This document shows, piece by piece, positions 49,055 through 57,239 of a DNA stretch of 64,000 nucleotides. The translations under genes were made by a program, and so were the position numbers. The notes beneath the pieces are model-generated. The model worked only from the letters and a program-made list of their open reading frames with translations. It had not been told where the DNA came from and ran no database searches. This DNA comes from Cellvibrionales bacterium (GTDB taxonomy: Bacteria; Pseudomonadota; Gammaproteobacteria; Pseudomonadales; UBA7434). Within the stretch, counting starts at the first letter, position 1, and each line of letters begins with the position of its first letter. The stretch spans positions 132,598 to 196,597 of the forward strand of contig JBGTQK010000004.1 in assembly GCA_041941365.1 (NCBI GenBank), read 5' to 3'.

Positions 49055-49082
49055 AAAAAAACCGCACTTTTGTGCGGTTTTT
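49055..49082 (+). terminator. Rho-independent terminator after the TPS operon
   Basis: AAAAAAACCGCAC-tttt-GTGCGGTTTTT, starting 15 nt after the stop codon. Confidence 0.85.
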
Positions 49083-49162
49083 CTTTTCTTTTATTTCTCC
49101 AAAACTGTATATATTTCACACTTTATGATTGAATAATAGTCAGTCTGCTCTATGTTTAATAA

Positions 49163-50059
49163 ATGACCATATTGTTTATTAAATGTGCAGAATTTTTGAG
49201 GTGTGTTAAACGAGCATTTGCTTTATTCTTTCTGGCGATTTTACCTCTTTCACTGTTTGCAAATGGTGCAGATTCGGTTTCTACCCAGGTATTATTGTTG
49301 AAAAAAGGAGTACTGCAACAACAAGAAGTAGAATCAGAAATTCATGATTTACATTCTCTTGACTCTCACATCCATCATTCATCACTGGTTACCGAACAGC
49401 ACTATCAAAAAAACTTAAAGATAGTAGAACGGTTTCTTGAAAAAAAATGGATTGTGAAGGATTCGAATCGAAAACAAACTATCTCAACTATAAAAGCTGA
49501 AATGGCTGACTATTTTGCGAAAAGGCCGGCTGCTTTTAAACTTATCTCTTCACTAAAAAAGCAGCCAATTTCACTACGTTATACACCCGGCGTGTTCAAA
49601 ACAGAAGTAAAAGGCAACTCGTTCAGTGTTCGTCGAGTCATTGTTCATTTTGATCCTTTTTCGGCTGTTCAATTAAGGGATAGTTTGGAATGTAAGAATA
49701 ACCCTGCACATTGTACAGTGAGTTCGGCGGATGCATTACTTCATGAACTTCTTCATGCCAGAGAAGCGTTACTCAATGAGAAAGCATTTATAGCCAGTGG
49801 CGCAATGAATAGTGTGGTTTATCCCTATGAGCATGAGATGCAGGTTATTGGCATGGAAAGACAAATTTATCGAGAATTATCTTTCCATGATGGAATTAAA
49901 CGTCCAATGCGTTATTCTCATACAGGGCAGTTGATTATTTCAGCTTGTGTTACTTGCTTACCTGAATTCACCAACGAAGAAGAAAGTAAAGAAGAGACAC
50001 AATATATTGCGGGCTTGTTCTCTGTTTTAACGATAAATTCAAAGTCTTTTACTTTTTAG
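49163..50059 (+). CDS. Putative secreted zinc-metalloprotease-like protein (HExxH = HELLH)
   Basis: Hydrophobic N-terminal signal-like segment AFALFFLAILPLSLFANG. HELLH at nt 49742-49756. The start codon is uncertain because there is no clear RBS. Confidence 0.5.
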   Translation: MTILFIKCAEFLRCVKRAFALFFLAILPLSLFANGADSVSTQVLLLKKGVLQQQEVESEIHDLHSLDSHIHHSSLVTEQHYQKNLKIVERFLEKKWIVKDSNRKQTISTIKAEMADYFAKRPAAFKLISSLKKQPISLRYTPGVFKTEVKGNSFSVRRVIVHFDPFSAVQLRDSLECKNNPAHCTVSSADALLHELLHAREALLNEKAFIASGAMNSVVYPYEHEMQVIGMERQIYRELSFHDGIKRPMRYSHTGQLIISACVTCLPEFTNEEESKEETQYIAGLFSVLTINSKSFTF

Positions 50060-50216
50060 TACTCTAACTAGTTGAAATTAGAAAAAAACTTCTAAAAAAG
50101 TTGATTGTGTCTCCTTTTTGCCCTCATAAAGTATTCAGCTACACTATAGTAAGGTAATAGTAAAAAAAGATTTTGACAAAGGAATGATTTATACATCCAT
50201 GGAGTGGAGTTGATAA

Positions 50217-51071
50217 ATGTCTGAATTACAACAAGCCCTGAAGTCGAAGGTAAAAGACGGTAATCTTAATTTACCTGTACTCTCTACAGTTTGTACACAA
50301 GTTTTGCAAATGGTGAACGATCCCGATTCATCCGCACAACAATTGGCTCAAACCATACAATCAGATCAGGCTTTTGCAAGCCATATAATGCGAATTGCTA
50401 ATTCACCTGCCTATGCTGGAATAACTCCTGTACAGACTTTACAACAGGCTATTGCACAACAAGGTATTCGTCAGATCGGCCAGATAGCATTGAGTATTTC
50501 TGTAAAAGAGGCTGTTTTTGATCTATCTGGCAGCACAGGCGCATATTTAAAAAAATTATGGAAAGAAGCAGCCATATGTGCAGCATGGGCAAAAGAAATA
50601 TGCAGAGTAGCGCGCTTTAATACAGAGGTAGCATTTCTTTGTGGTTTATTATTCCAGATTGGTAAGCCAGTGTTACTTAATTGGTTACAGGAAATTTCAA
50701 ATAGTGATATGGATTTAAGCGATGGTAGCGAAGCGCTTAACTTACTTGAACGCTTTGATCGAACAATAGGTGCGAGAGTTGCGACGGAATGGAAACTACC
50801 ACCTGCAGTAATAGAAACGATACAGTTTATTGATGAGCCCGAATCGGCGACAAAAGCTAAAGATGAAATTATGGCGGTAAGTGCTGCTCGCCATTTAGTC
50901 GGTGTTTCGTATGATGCAGATTTGATGGATGAGGATACTTCGGAGTTATTAGTAGAAGTCATTCAAAGTACACCAATATTTGGTGAGCTGAATTTTTATG
51001 AGGATGATATAGAGAAATTGTTAGGAAGAACATCGAATGTAAGCGATTTAGTTGCTTCCATGTCTTTATAG
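50217..51071 (+). CDS. HDOD domain signalling protein
   Basis: LPVLSTVCTQVLQMVNDPDSSAQQLAQTIQSDQAFASHIMRIANSPAYAG is the typical HDOD N-terminal signature. Confidence 0.8.
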   Translation: MSELQQALKSKVKDGNLNLPVLSTVCTQVLQMVNDPDSSAQQLAQTIQSDQAFASHIMRIANSPAYAGITPVQTLQQAIAQQGIRQIGQIALSISVKEAVFDLSGSTGAYLKKLWKEAAICAAWAKEICRVARFNTEVAFLCGLLFQIGKPVLLNWLQEISNSDMDLSDGSEALNLLERFDRTIGARVATEWKLPPAVIETIQFIDEPESATKAKDEIMAVSAARHLVGVSYDADLMDEDTSELLVEVIQSTPIFGELNFYEDDIEKLLGRTSNVSDLVASMSL

Positions 51072-51145
51072 CAATGTACAATCGATAGGTTATTAGAAGT
51101 GAATGATTTGTAAATGGATATTTTATTAAAAATTTAAAGGAATAA

Positions 51146-52564
51146 ATGGAATTAAATATGAGCCTTTATGATTATGATATTGTGGTGATAGGAAGTGGAC
51201 CTGCAGGGCAAAAAGCTGCTATACAAGGCGCTAAGGCTGGAAAAAAAGTTGCTATTGTAGAAAGTGATCGTTTTCTGGGAGGTCACTGTGTATATAGAGG
51301 TACAATTCCAAGTAAAACTTTACGCCAAAATGCGGTACGAATTTCAGAAGTTCGTAATCATCAGGATTTATTTAATTTTAAAGTATGTGATGGTTTAGCA
51401 ATGGAATCTTTAATAACTAACATGGAATTTGTGACACAATCTCATAACGACTTTATAAAAGACCAAATTGTTAGAAACGGTATTGATCATTTTCATGGTA
51501 AAGCAAGTTTTGTCAATAAAAATACCATTTCTTTAAAAACACCTGGTTACGTAGCACAGGATATCTATTCCAAGAACTTTATTATTGCCACGGGCTCCTT
51601 TCCGAGGGAGCCCGATAATATTCCTATTGATCATGAACATATCTTCGATAGTGATTCCATATTGAGTATGGTTTATTTGCCTCAGTCGCTGGTCGTTTTA
51701 GGTGGTGGCGTTATAGCAAGTGAATATGCTTCAATATTTCTTGCACTGGGTGTTAATGTGACGATGATAGATCGCTACGAAAAGCCATTAGGGTTTCTGG
51801 ATGAAGAACTAACGGATGCGTTTGTTGAATCATTCAATGCGAATGGAGGCCGTTTTATAGGAAAAGTAAATGTAGTAAGTGTTAGATTTAATGGTATAGA
51901 TAAAGTTGTTACCAAGTTATCTAATGGTGAGGTAATAGGGAGTGATAAAGTACTTTGTGCAGCAGGGCGAGTCGCAAATGTTAAAAATTTAGGACTGGAA
52001 AATATTGGCCTTGAACTCAATGATAGAGGTGTTATTTCAGTAAATGAATCTTGTCAAACAGAGGTACCAAACATCTATGCTGCCGGAGATGTAATAGGAC
52101 CTCCGTCGTTAGCCTCTGCATCTATGGAGCAGGGACGTCGTGCTGCTTGCGGCGTTCTGGGGCAAGAACTTGATAAAATGACCCAGCTGATCCCAATGGG
52201 CATATATGCAATACCTGAGTTATCTTCTGTAGGTTTATCCGAACAGGAAGCAGAAAAACGTTATGGGAACGTTTTAACTGGCCATGCTTTTTTTAACGAG
52301 ATAGCAAGAGGACAAATTGCAGGTATACAGTCGGGTTTATTAAAAATTGTTTCAGATGCAGCTGGTGAAAAGGTGTTAGGTGTGCACATAGTAGGAGAAG
52401 GTGCTACTGAACTTATTCATATTGGCCAGATGGCGATACTCAATAACGCTACAATTGATAGTTTTGTCGAGAATATATTTAATTTTCCAACACAAGGTGA
52501 AGCCTACAGGGTTGCTGCGCTAAAGGTTGTAGGTCAGCGCCAGAGTATCGATAAAGCGGGCTAG
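51146..52564 (+). CDS. sthA: Soluble pyridine nucleotide transhydrogenase SthA/UdhA
   Basis: FAD motif VVIGSGPAGQKAA. GGHCVYRGTIPSKTLR has only one Cys, as in SthA; lipoamide dehydrogenase has a CxxxxC pair. C-terminus NFPTQGEAYRVAAL. Confidence 0.85.
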   Translation: MELNMSLYDYDIVVIGSGPAGQKAAIQGAKAGKKVAIVESDRFLGGHCVYRGTIPSKTLRQNAVRISEVRNHQDLFNFKVCDGLAMESLITNMEFVTQSHNDFIKDQIVRNGIDHFHGKASFVNKNTISLKTPGYVAQDIYSKNFIIATGSFPREPDNIPIDHEHIFDSDSILSMVYLPQSLVVLGGGVIASEYASIFLALGVNVTMIDRYEKPLGFLDEELTDAFVESFNANGGRFIGKVNVVSVRFNGIDKVVTKLSNGEVIGSDKVLCAAGRVANVKNLGLENIGLELNDRGVISVNESCQTEVPNIYAAGDVIGPPSLASASMEQGRRAACGVLGQELDKMTQLIPMGIYAIPELSSVGLSEQEAEKRYGNVLTGHAFFNEIARGQIAGIQSGLLKIVSDAAGEKVLGVHIVGEGATELIHIGQMAILNNATIDSFVENIFNFPTQGEAYRVAALKVVGQRQSIDKAG

Positions 52565-52807
52565 TTCAAAGTCTTTACTAGTAAGCTGCTTTTTGTCGTG
52601 AGTAGTTAAGCAAATTACGAGCTTATTGTAGCTGTTGTACCAATCTGGGTGATGGTTTAAATTTTCAGCCTCATCGCCTACTTTGCACATAAATTCAATG
52701 CAGTTTTTAAAATCTTTAAAAACTAACGTTCTTTCAATTTTGCTACCGCCTGCTTTTAGATCCCATAAAGGAATTTTTTCCAAGGATTGTTTGGTGGATT
52801 CTTGCAT
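52520..52807 (-). CDS. phhB: Pterin-4a-carbinolamine dehydratase (PhhB/PCD)
   Basis: FKDFKNCIEFMCKVGDEAENLNHHPDWYNSYNKLVICLTTHD is the canonical PCD core. Confidence 0.85.
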   Translation of the reverse strand: MQESTKQSLEKIPLWDLKAGGSKIERTLVFKDFKNCIEFMCKVGDEAENLNHHPDWYNSYNKLVICLTTHDKKQLTSKDFELARFIDTLALTYNL

Positions 52808-52842
52808 ATTACATTTAACACTCTAATTGTAAATTTATGAAA

Positions 52843-53970
52843 CTAGCTTAAATATCTACGTTTTAAAATAACACCACATTCGCAATGCTCTGTATAGGGA
52901 AACTGATCAAATATTGCAAAGCATTTTATTTCGTAGTGATTTTTAAGAGCGAATAAATTATCAAAAAGTGTTTTAGGATTGCAAGAAATATAAAGTATTT
53001 GATCAAAATTTTTAATGAAATGTAATGTTTTACTATCCAGCCCGGCCCTGGGTGGATCAACAAAAACCGTCGAAAAGTTATATTCATCCAGATTAATATG
53101 AGATAGTCGCCTGAAAGCTCTTTCCTTGTTTAAGGCTGAAGCAGTTTCCTCGCCACTAAGGCGAACAAATTCTATATTCTCAACATTATTTAATAGACAA
53201 TTTTTTTTTGCAGAAGCTATGCTGGTTTTTGATATTTCAGTCGCTAACACTTTATTAAAGTAAAACGAAAGAGGTATTGTGAAATTACCATTACCACAAT
53301 AAAGTTCTAAAAGACTTTTTTGGGTTTTTTCAGTATTTAATAGTATCCATTCTATCATTTTGCAATTTATGGTGGCATTGGGCTGGGTAAAACTATTTTC
53401 TTTTTGCTCATAGAGAAATCCTTTACTATCTATTGTCAGTTCTTCAGTGACATAATCTTTAGATAGCACATTTTTTTGTTTTCTTGAGCGGCCAATAACA
53501 GTAATACTTAAATGGCTTTCCAGGTTTTTTGCTGCGAGCTCCCAAGTGCTTTCTAACGGACGATGATAAATAAGAGTAACCAGAACCTCTTTCTGTGTTG
53601 TGCTTAAAAATTCAATTTGAAAAAGTTTTTTCTTTAATTCTGTAGAGCTATTAATTGCTTTCAGGAGGGGAGACATTAGATCTGTTATTGCTCTGCTGGC
53701 AATTGGAAAGGCGTGTATCTTAATTGGTATTGTGGGGGCTTCTTTTTCAAACATGACATAGAAACAGGTATCATCTCCATTACTGTAATCATGCCATATT
53801 CTGAATTCACATCTCATCCTGAAATGTTCATTTGGTGATTCGAATACGTCTGGAGAAGGTATTTCCAATTCGTTAAATAGCGTGAGGATATCATCCTTTT
53901 TTTTATCCAGTTGATTTTTATAATTTGCAGGATCAAAGTCAAAGGAGGGAAGGTTTATTTTTTCTGACAT
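52843..53970 (-). CDS. trmA: tRNA (uracil54-C5)-methyltransferase TrmA
   Basis: LLELYCGNGNFT (SAM site), VFVDPPRAGLD, YISCNP, and C-terminus FDQFPYTEHCECGVIL. Confidence 0.9.
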   Translation of the reverse strand: MSEKINLPSFDFDPANYKNQLDKKKDDILTLFNELEIPSPDVFESPNEHFRMRCEFRIWHDYSNGDDTCFYVMFEKEAPTIPIKIHAFPIASRAITDLMSPLLKAINSSTELKKKLFQIEFLSTTQKEVLVTLIYHRPLESTWELAAKNLESHLSITVIGRSRKQKNVLSKDYVTEELTIDSKGFLYEQKENSFTQPNATINCKMIEWILLNTEKTQKSLLELYCGNGNFTIPLSFYFNKVLATEISKTSIASAKKNCLLNNVENIEFVRLSGEETASALNKERAFRRLSHINLDEYNFSTVFVDPPRAGLDSKTLHFIKNFDQILYISCNPKTLFDNLFALKNHYEIKCFAIFDQFPYTEHCECGVILKRRYLS

Positions 53971-54141
53971 TATTACTAGTACTTTATGTTTAACTGTATC
54001 TGTTTCTAAGAGATTTACTTGGCGACCGGGACTGTTTGCGCTACTCTTAGAACAGGATTTTCGCTTTATTTTTTATTAAAATACAGTAGTTTGGTCAAAA
54101 AAGTATAGATTAAATTTCACAGAGAATAGTCTAAAAGTAGC

Positions 54142-55158
54142 ATGAGTAAAATATTAGTCACCGGCGGTGCCGGATTTATAGGAAGCCATACCTGCGTAGA
54201 GTTACTGGAAAGTGATTATGAAATAGTTGTTTACGATAATCTTTCTAACAGTGATACAAAAGCGTTACAACGTGTTGAAGAAATTACTGGAAAATCGCTG
54301 ACCTTTATTGAAGGTGATATTCGCTCAGCAGATAGTATGAATGCAATTTTTGAACAATATGACTTTTATGCCGTTGTTCATTTTGCGGGTCTTAAAGCCG
54401 TTGGGGAATCAGTTGCCAAACCACTAAAGTATTTTGACAATAACATCAATGGTACTCTGGTTTTGTTAGAAACGATGCAAAAGCATAAGGTATTCAATCT
54501 GGTATTTAGTTCTTCAGCAACGGTTTATGGTGAGCCGGCTTCTGTGCCTATAAATGAGAGCTTTCCTCTTTCTGCTGTTAACCCTTACGGGCGAACAAAA
54601 CTTGTTATTGAAGATATGGTTCGTGATTTAGGCCACTCTGATGATCGATGGAATGCCATTTTATTGCGATATTTTAATCCGGTTGGAGCACATCCAAGTG
54701 GTAAAATAGGCGAAGACCCTAGCGATATTCCGAATAATCTAATGCCATATGTTTCTCAAGTGGCTGTAGGAAAATTAGAAAAACTGTCAGTATTTGGTAG
54801 CGATTATCCGACACATGATGGTACCGGTGTCCGTGACTATATCCATGTGGTCGATTTGGCAAAAGGGCACCTGGCCGCGATCAAAAAACTTTCAGAAAGG
54901 CTTGGGATTGTCGCATACAACCTCGGTACTGGTAATGGGTATTCGGTGTTGGATATGGTTAATGCTTTTGCAAAATCTTCAGGAAGAGATATTCCATACG
55001 AGTTAGTAGAGCGTCGGCCTGGTGATGCAGCAATTTGCTATGCTGACCCTGCATTAGCAAAACATGAATTAAACTGGGAAGCCGAGTTGGGTATTGAGGA
55101 TATGACTACGGATGGATGGCGTTGGCAATCGAACAACCCTGAAGGTTATAACAGCTAA
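54142..55158 (+). CDS. galE: UDP-glucose 4-epimerase GalE
   Basis: [26 protein letters not shown] (YxxxK), and DYIHVVDLA. Confidence 0.95.
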   Translation: MSKILVTGGAGFIGSHTCVELLESDYEIVVYDNLSNSDTKALQRVEEITGKSLTFIEGDIRSADSMNAIFEQYDFYAVVHFAGLKAVGESVAKPLKYFDNNINGTLVLLETMQKHKVFNLVFSSSATVYGEPASVPINESFPLSAVNPYGRTKLVIEDMVRDLGHSDDRWNAILLRYFNPVGAHPSGKIGEDPSDIPNNLMPYVSQVAVGKLEKLSVFGSDYPTHDGTGVRDYIHVVDLAKGHLAAIKKLSERLGIVAYNLGTGNGYSVLDMVNAFAKSSGRDIPYELVERRPGDAAICYADPALAKHELNWEAELGIEDMTTDGWRWQSNNPEGYNS

Positions 55159-55173
55159 ACTCAGTGGTTGATT

Positions 55174-56202
55174 TCAGAATTTTTGTTTGTCTCTATCGTT
55201 CCAGTATAGGGTGACCTGTGCGAGAGCTTCCTGATAATTGACACTGCTTTTAATGACCATTAACCCTATAGCTGCTGTACCAAGGATTGCTGCTTTTGCG
55301 TATTCTTTATAGTCGTTATTGGTATTCTCTACGTCTTCATTTTTCCAAAAATTCATTAAAATCTCTGGTGTTGGTGGCATGTTGGTTGGTGCAGACATTT
55401 TTTTCTCAATAAGTATTTCTTTTTCTTTTTGTGCAATGATTGCTTTTAATTTTATTCTGGCTTGAGGGCGGTATTCGACTTCGCCAGCTTCCCCTTTAAA
55501 GACAATTGCATTGGTTTCATTTAACAAAGAAGCTGCAAGGTGATGAGTATCTGCATAAGCAGGGTGAAAGACACTTTGCAAGCTTGCATCACTTGTCATA
55601 GGGTTAAGTAAACGACAGAGTGTGTGAACAGGTGAGCGCAGTCCAAATAAGGGTCGCAGATTGATTAATTCATGCAGTTTAGGACAAAGCCTGGATATAG
55701 GCATGAAGGCAAAATGGCTGCCTTCAAGAGCGTTATCTACGTCTTCAAAATTGTTACAGATAGGTAAGCCCAGTGATTGACATATTTCCTCAGTGTATAC
55801 CCGTCCCTCAGTATGCCCTTTAGCACCATGCATAAAAATTCTGTATCCATTTTCGGAAAGTAAAAGTGCGGCCAAAATAAACCAATGAGGTTGACGACGC
55901 TTTCCAGCATAGGATGACCAATCTAAATCGACATACGAAATTTTGTTTGTCGTATTTCGACTTTTCCTATTGCTTTGATTGATATGTTCTCGACAGGCGC
56001 TAACGAACCCTGCCAATTCTTCGCTCGATTCTTCTTTTACCCTAAGGAGCATTAAAAAGGCGCCAATTTGAACATGTTCCACTTTATCATCGAGAATTAA
56101 ATGCATTGCATCTTTTGCTTCTTCAAAGTTCAGGGAGCGGCTGCCTGTTTTACCTTTTCCAAGTATTCTAATGTAAGGAGAAAAAGCGTTTTCTGAAAGC
56201 AT
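55174..56202 (-). CDS. Glycosyltransferase family 3 / TrpD2 (YbiB-like) protein
   Basis: N-terminal helical domain ILGKGKTGSRSLNFEEAKDAMHLILDDKVEHVQIGAFLMLLRVKEES is typical of anthranilate-PRT-like YbiB proteins. Confidence 0.65.
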   Translation of the reverse strand: MLSENAFSPYIRILGKGKTGSRSLNFEEAKDAMHLILDDKVEHVQIGAFLMLLRVKEESSEELAGFVSACREHINQSNRKSRNTTNKISYVDLDWSSYAGKRRQPHWFILAALLLSENGYRIFMHGAKGHTEGRVYTEEICQSLGLPICNNFEDVDNALEGSHFAFMPISRLCPKLHELINLRPLFGLRSPVHTLCRLLNPMTSDASLQSVFHPAYADTHHLAASLLNETNAIVFKGEAGEVEYRPQARIKLKAIIAQKEKEILIEKKMSAPTNMPPTPEILMNFWKNEDVENTNNDYKEYAKAAILGTAAIGLMVIKSSVNYQEALAQVTLYWNDRDKQKF

Positions 56203-56249
56203 TAATCGAGATATTGAGGTAGTGAGAGAAAAAGGAGGTGGTAGAAAAT

Positions 56250-56278
56250 AAAAAAGCCTCGCTTGGCGAGGCTTTTTG
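56250..56278 (-). terminator. Rho-independent terminator downstream of yccA-like gene
   Basis: AAAAAGCCTCGC-ttg-GCGAGGCTTTTT, a 7-bp GC stem flanked by A/T runs. Lies 16 nt after the stop codon of the minus-strand gene. Confidence 0.8.
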
Positions 56279-56293
56279 GATTACATAAATTGT

Positions 56294-56965
56294 TTACTCA
56301 TCCATTGCACCTAAAAGGTGAAGCATAGATGTGAACAGGTTGTAAATGTTCAGGTATAGTGAAACAGTTGCACGGATATAGTTAGTTTCACCACCATTAA
56401 CTATGCGGCTTGTATCAAACAGTATCAGTCCAGACATAATTAGAACAATCGCAGAGGAGATTGCTAATGAGAGTGCTGGTATCTGGAAAAAGATATTTGC
56501 AATTGCAGCTACTATCGCAATTACCAGACCTACCATCAGGAAGCCACCCATGTATGAAAAGTCCTTGCGTGTTGTTAGGGCATATCCTGAGAGTGCAAAG
56601 AAAACCAGCGCCGTACCACCCATTGCCTGGGCGATTAATGAAGAGCCTCCGTCTAGCGCCAGATAGTGGTTTAATATCGGGCCAAGTGATGCGCCAAGTA
56701 GTCCTGTGAAGCCAAAAACAACCCAGATGCCTGCAGCTGAGTTTTGAGTTCGAGGCAGAACGAACCATACTATGGCTATTGCTGCTATAGACATTGCCAT
56801 TGAAGCGCCATAACCGATACCGACAGCCATTGATCCGACAGCACAAAGTGCGCTGAATGCCAGAGTCATAGCCAATAGCATGTAAGTGTTGCGAAGAACC
56901 TTGTGGGTTTCAATACCCGTACTTACAGTTGCTGAACGTGCTTCAAACACTTGTTTATCTTGCAT
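56294..56965 (-). CDS. yccA: Bax-inhibitor-1 / YccA family inner-membrane protein
   Basis: The start HKVLRNTYMLLAMTLAFSA followed by 7 hydrophobic segments is typical of the BI-1/YccA family. 223 aa. Confidence 0.85.
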   Translation of the reverse strand: MQDKQVFEARSATVSTGIETHKVLRNTYMLLAMTLAFSALCAVGSMAVGIGYGASMAMSIAAIAIVWFVLPRTQNSAAGIWVVFGFTGLLGASLGPILNHYLALDGGSSLIAQAMGGTALVFFALSGYALTTRKDFSYMGGFLMVGLVIAIVAAIANIFFQIPALSLAISSAIVLIMSGLILFDTSRIVNGGETNYIRATVSLYLNIYNLFTSMLHLLGAMDE

Positions 56966-57239
56966 TGAAAGAATCCTCTCTTTGATTAAAAGCTATTTAC
57001 GGTTAAAAAAGAGCCAAAAAAGACCAGCTAAAAGCTGATTTCATACTCATTTGACCTACTAAATCACAATAAGTTTAGCCAATAATACCTGCTTGTGGTG
57101 TAAACGCAAGGGTTGTTTAAGCATAAAACCTATAATGTTTACGTGGGTTTCAAAAAATTGGATTGATCTTGAAAAAGCTTGAAGTACTGCTCGAAAAAAT
57201 AGAATTTTTTTACAGGACTAGAGTCAAAAAAAGCTTCAT

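Noticed and set aside
43837-50216. TPS locus as a mobile genomic island
   Set aside because: No integrase, transposase, tRNA target or flanking direct repeats were found. Only the AT-richness and the accessory gene content suggest horizontal origin.
50471-50962. 163-aa minus-strand ORF inside the HDOD gene
   Set aside because: The HDOD reading frame carries the family signature. The antisense ORF has no motif and would overlap it completely.
56403-56846. Three overlapping ORFs (plus and minus strands) within the yccA-like gene
   Set aside because: The 223-aa BI-1/YccA frame has the family N-terminus and seven hydrophobic segments. The others are frame shadows.
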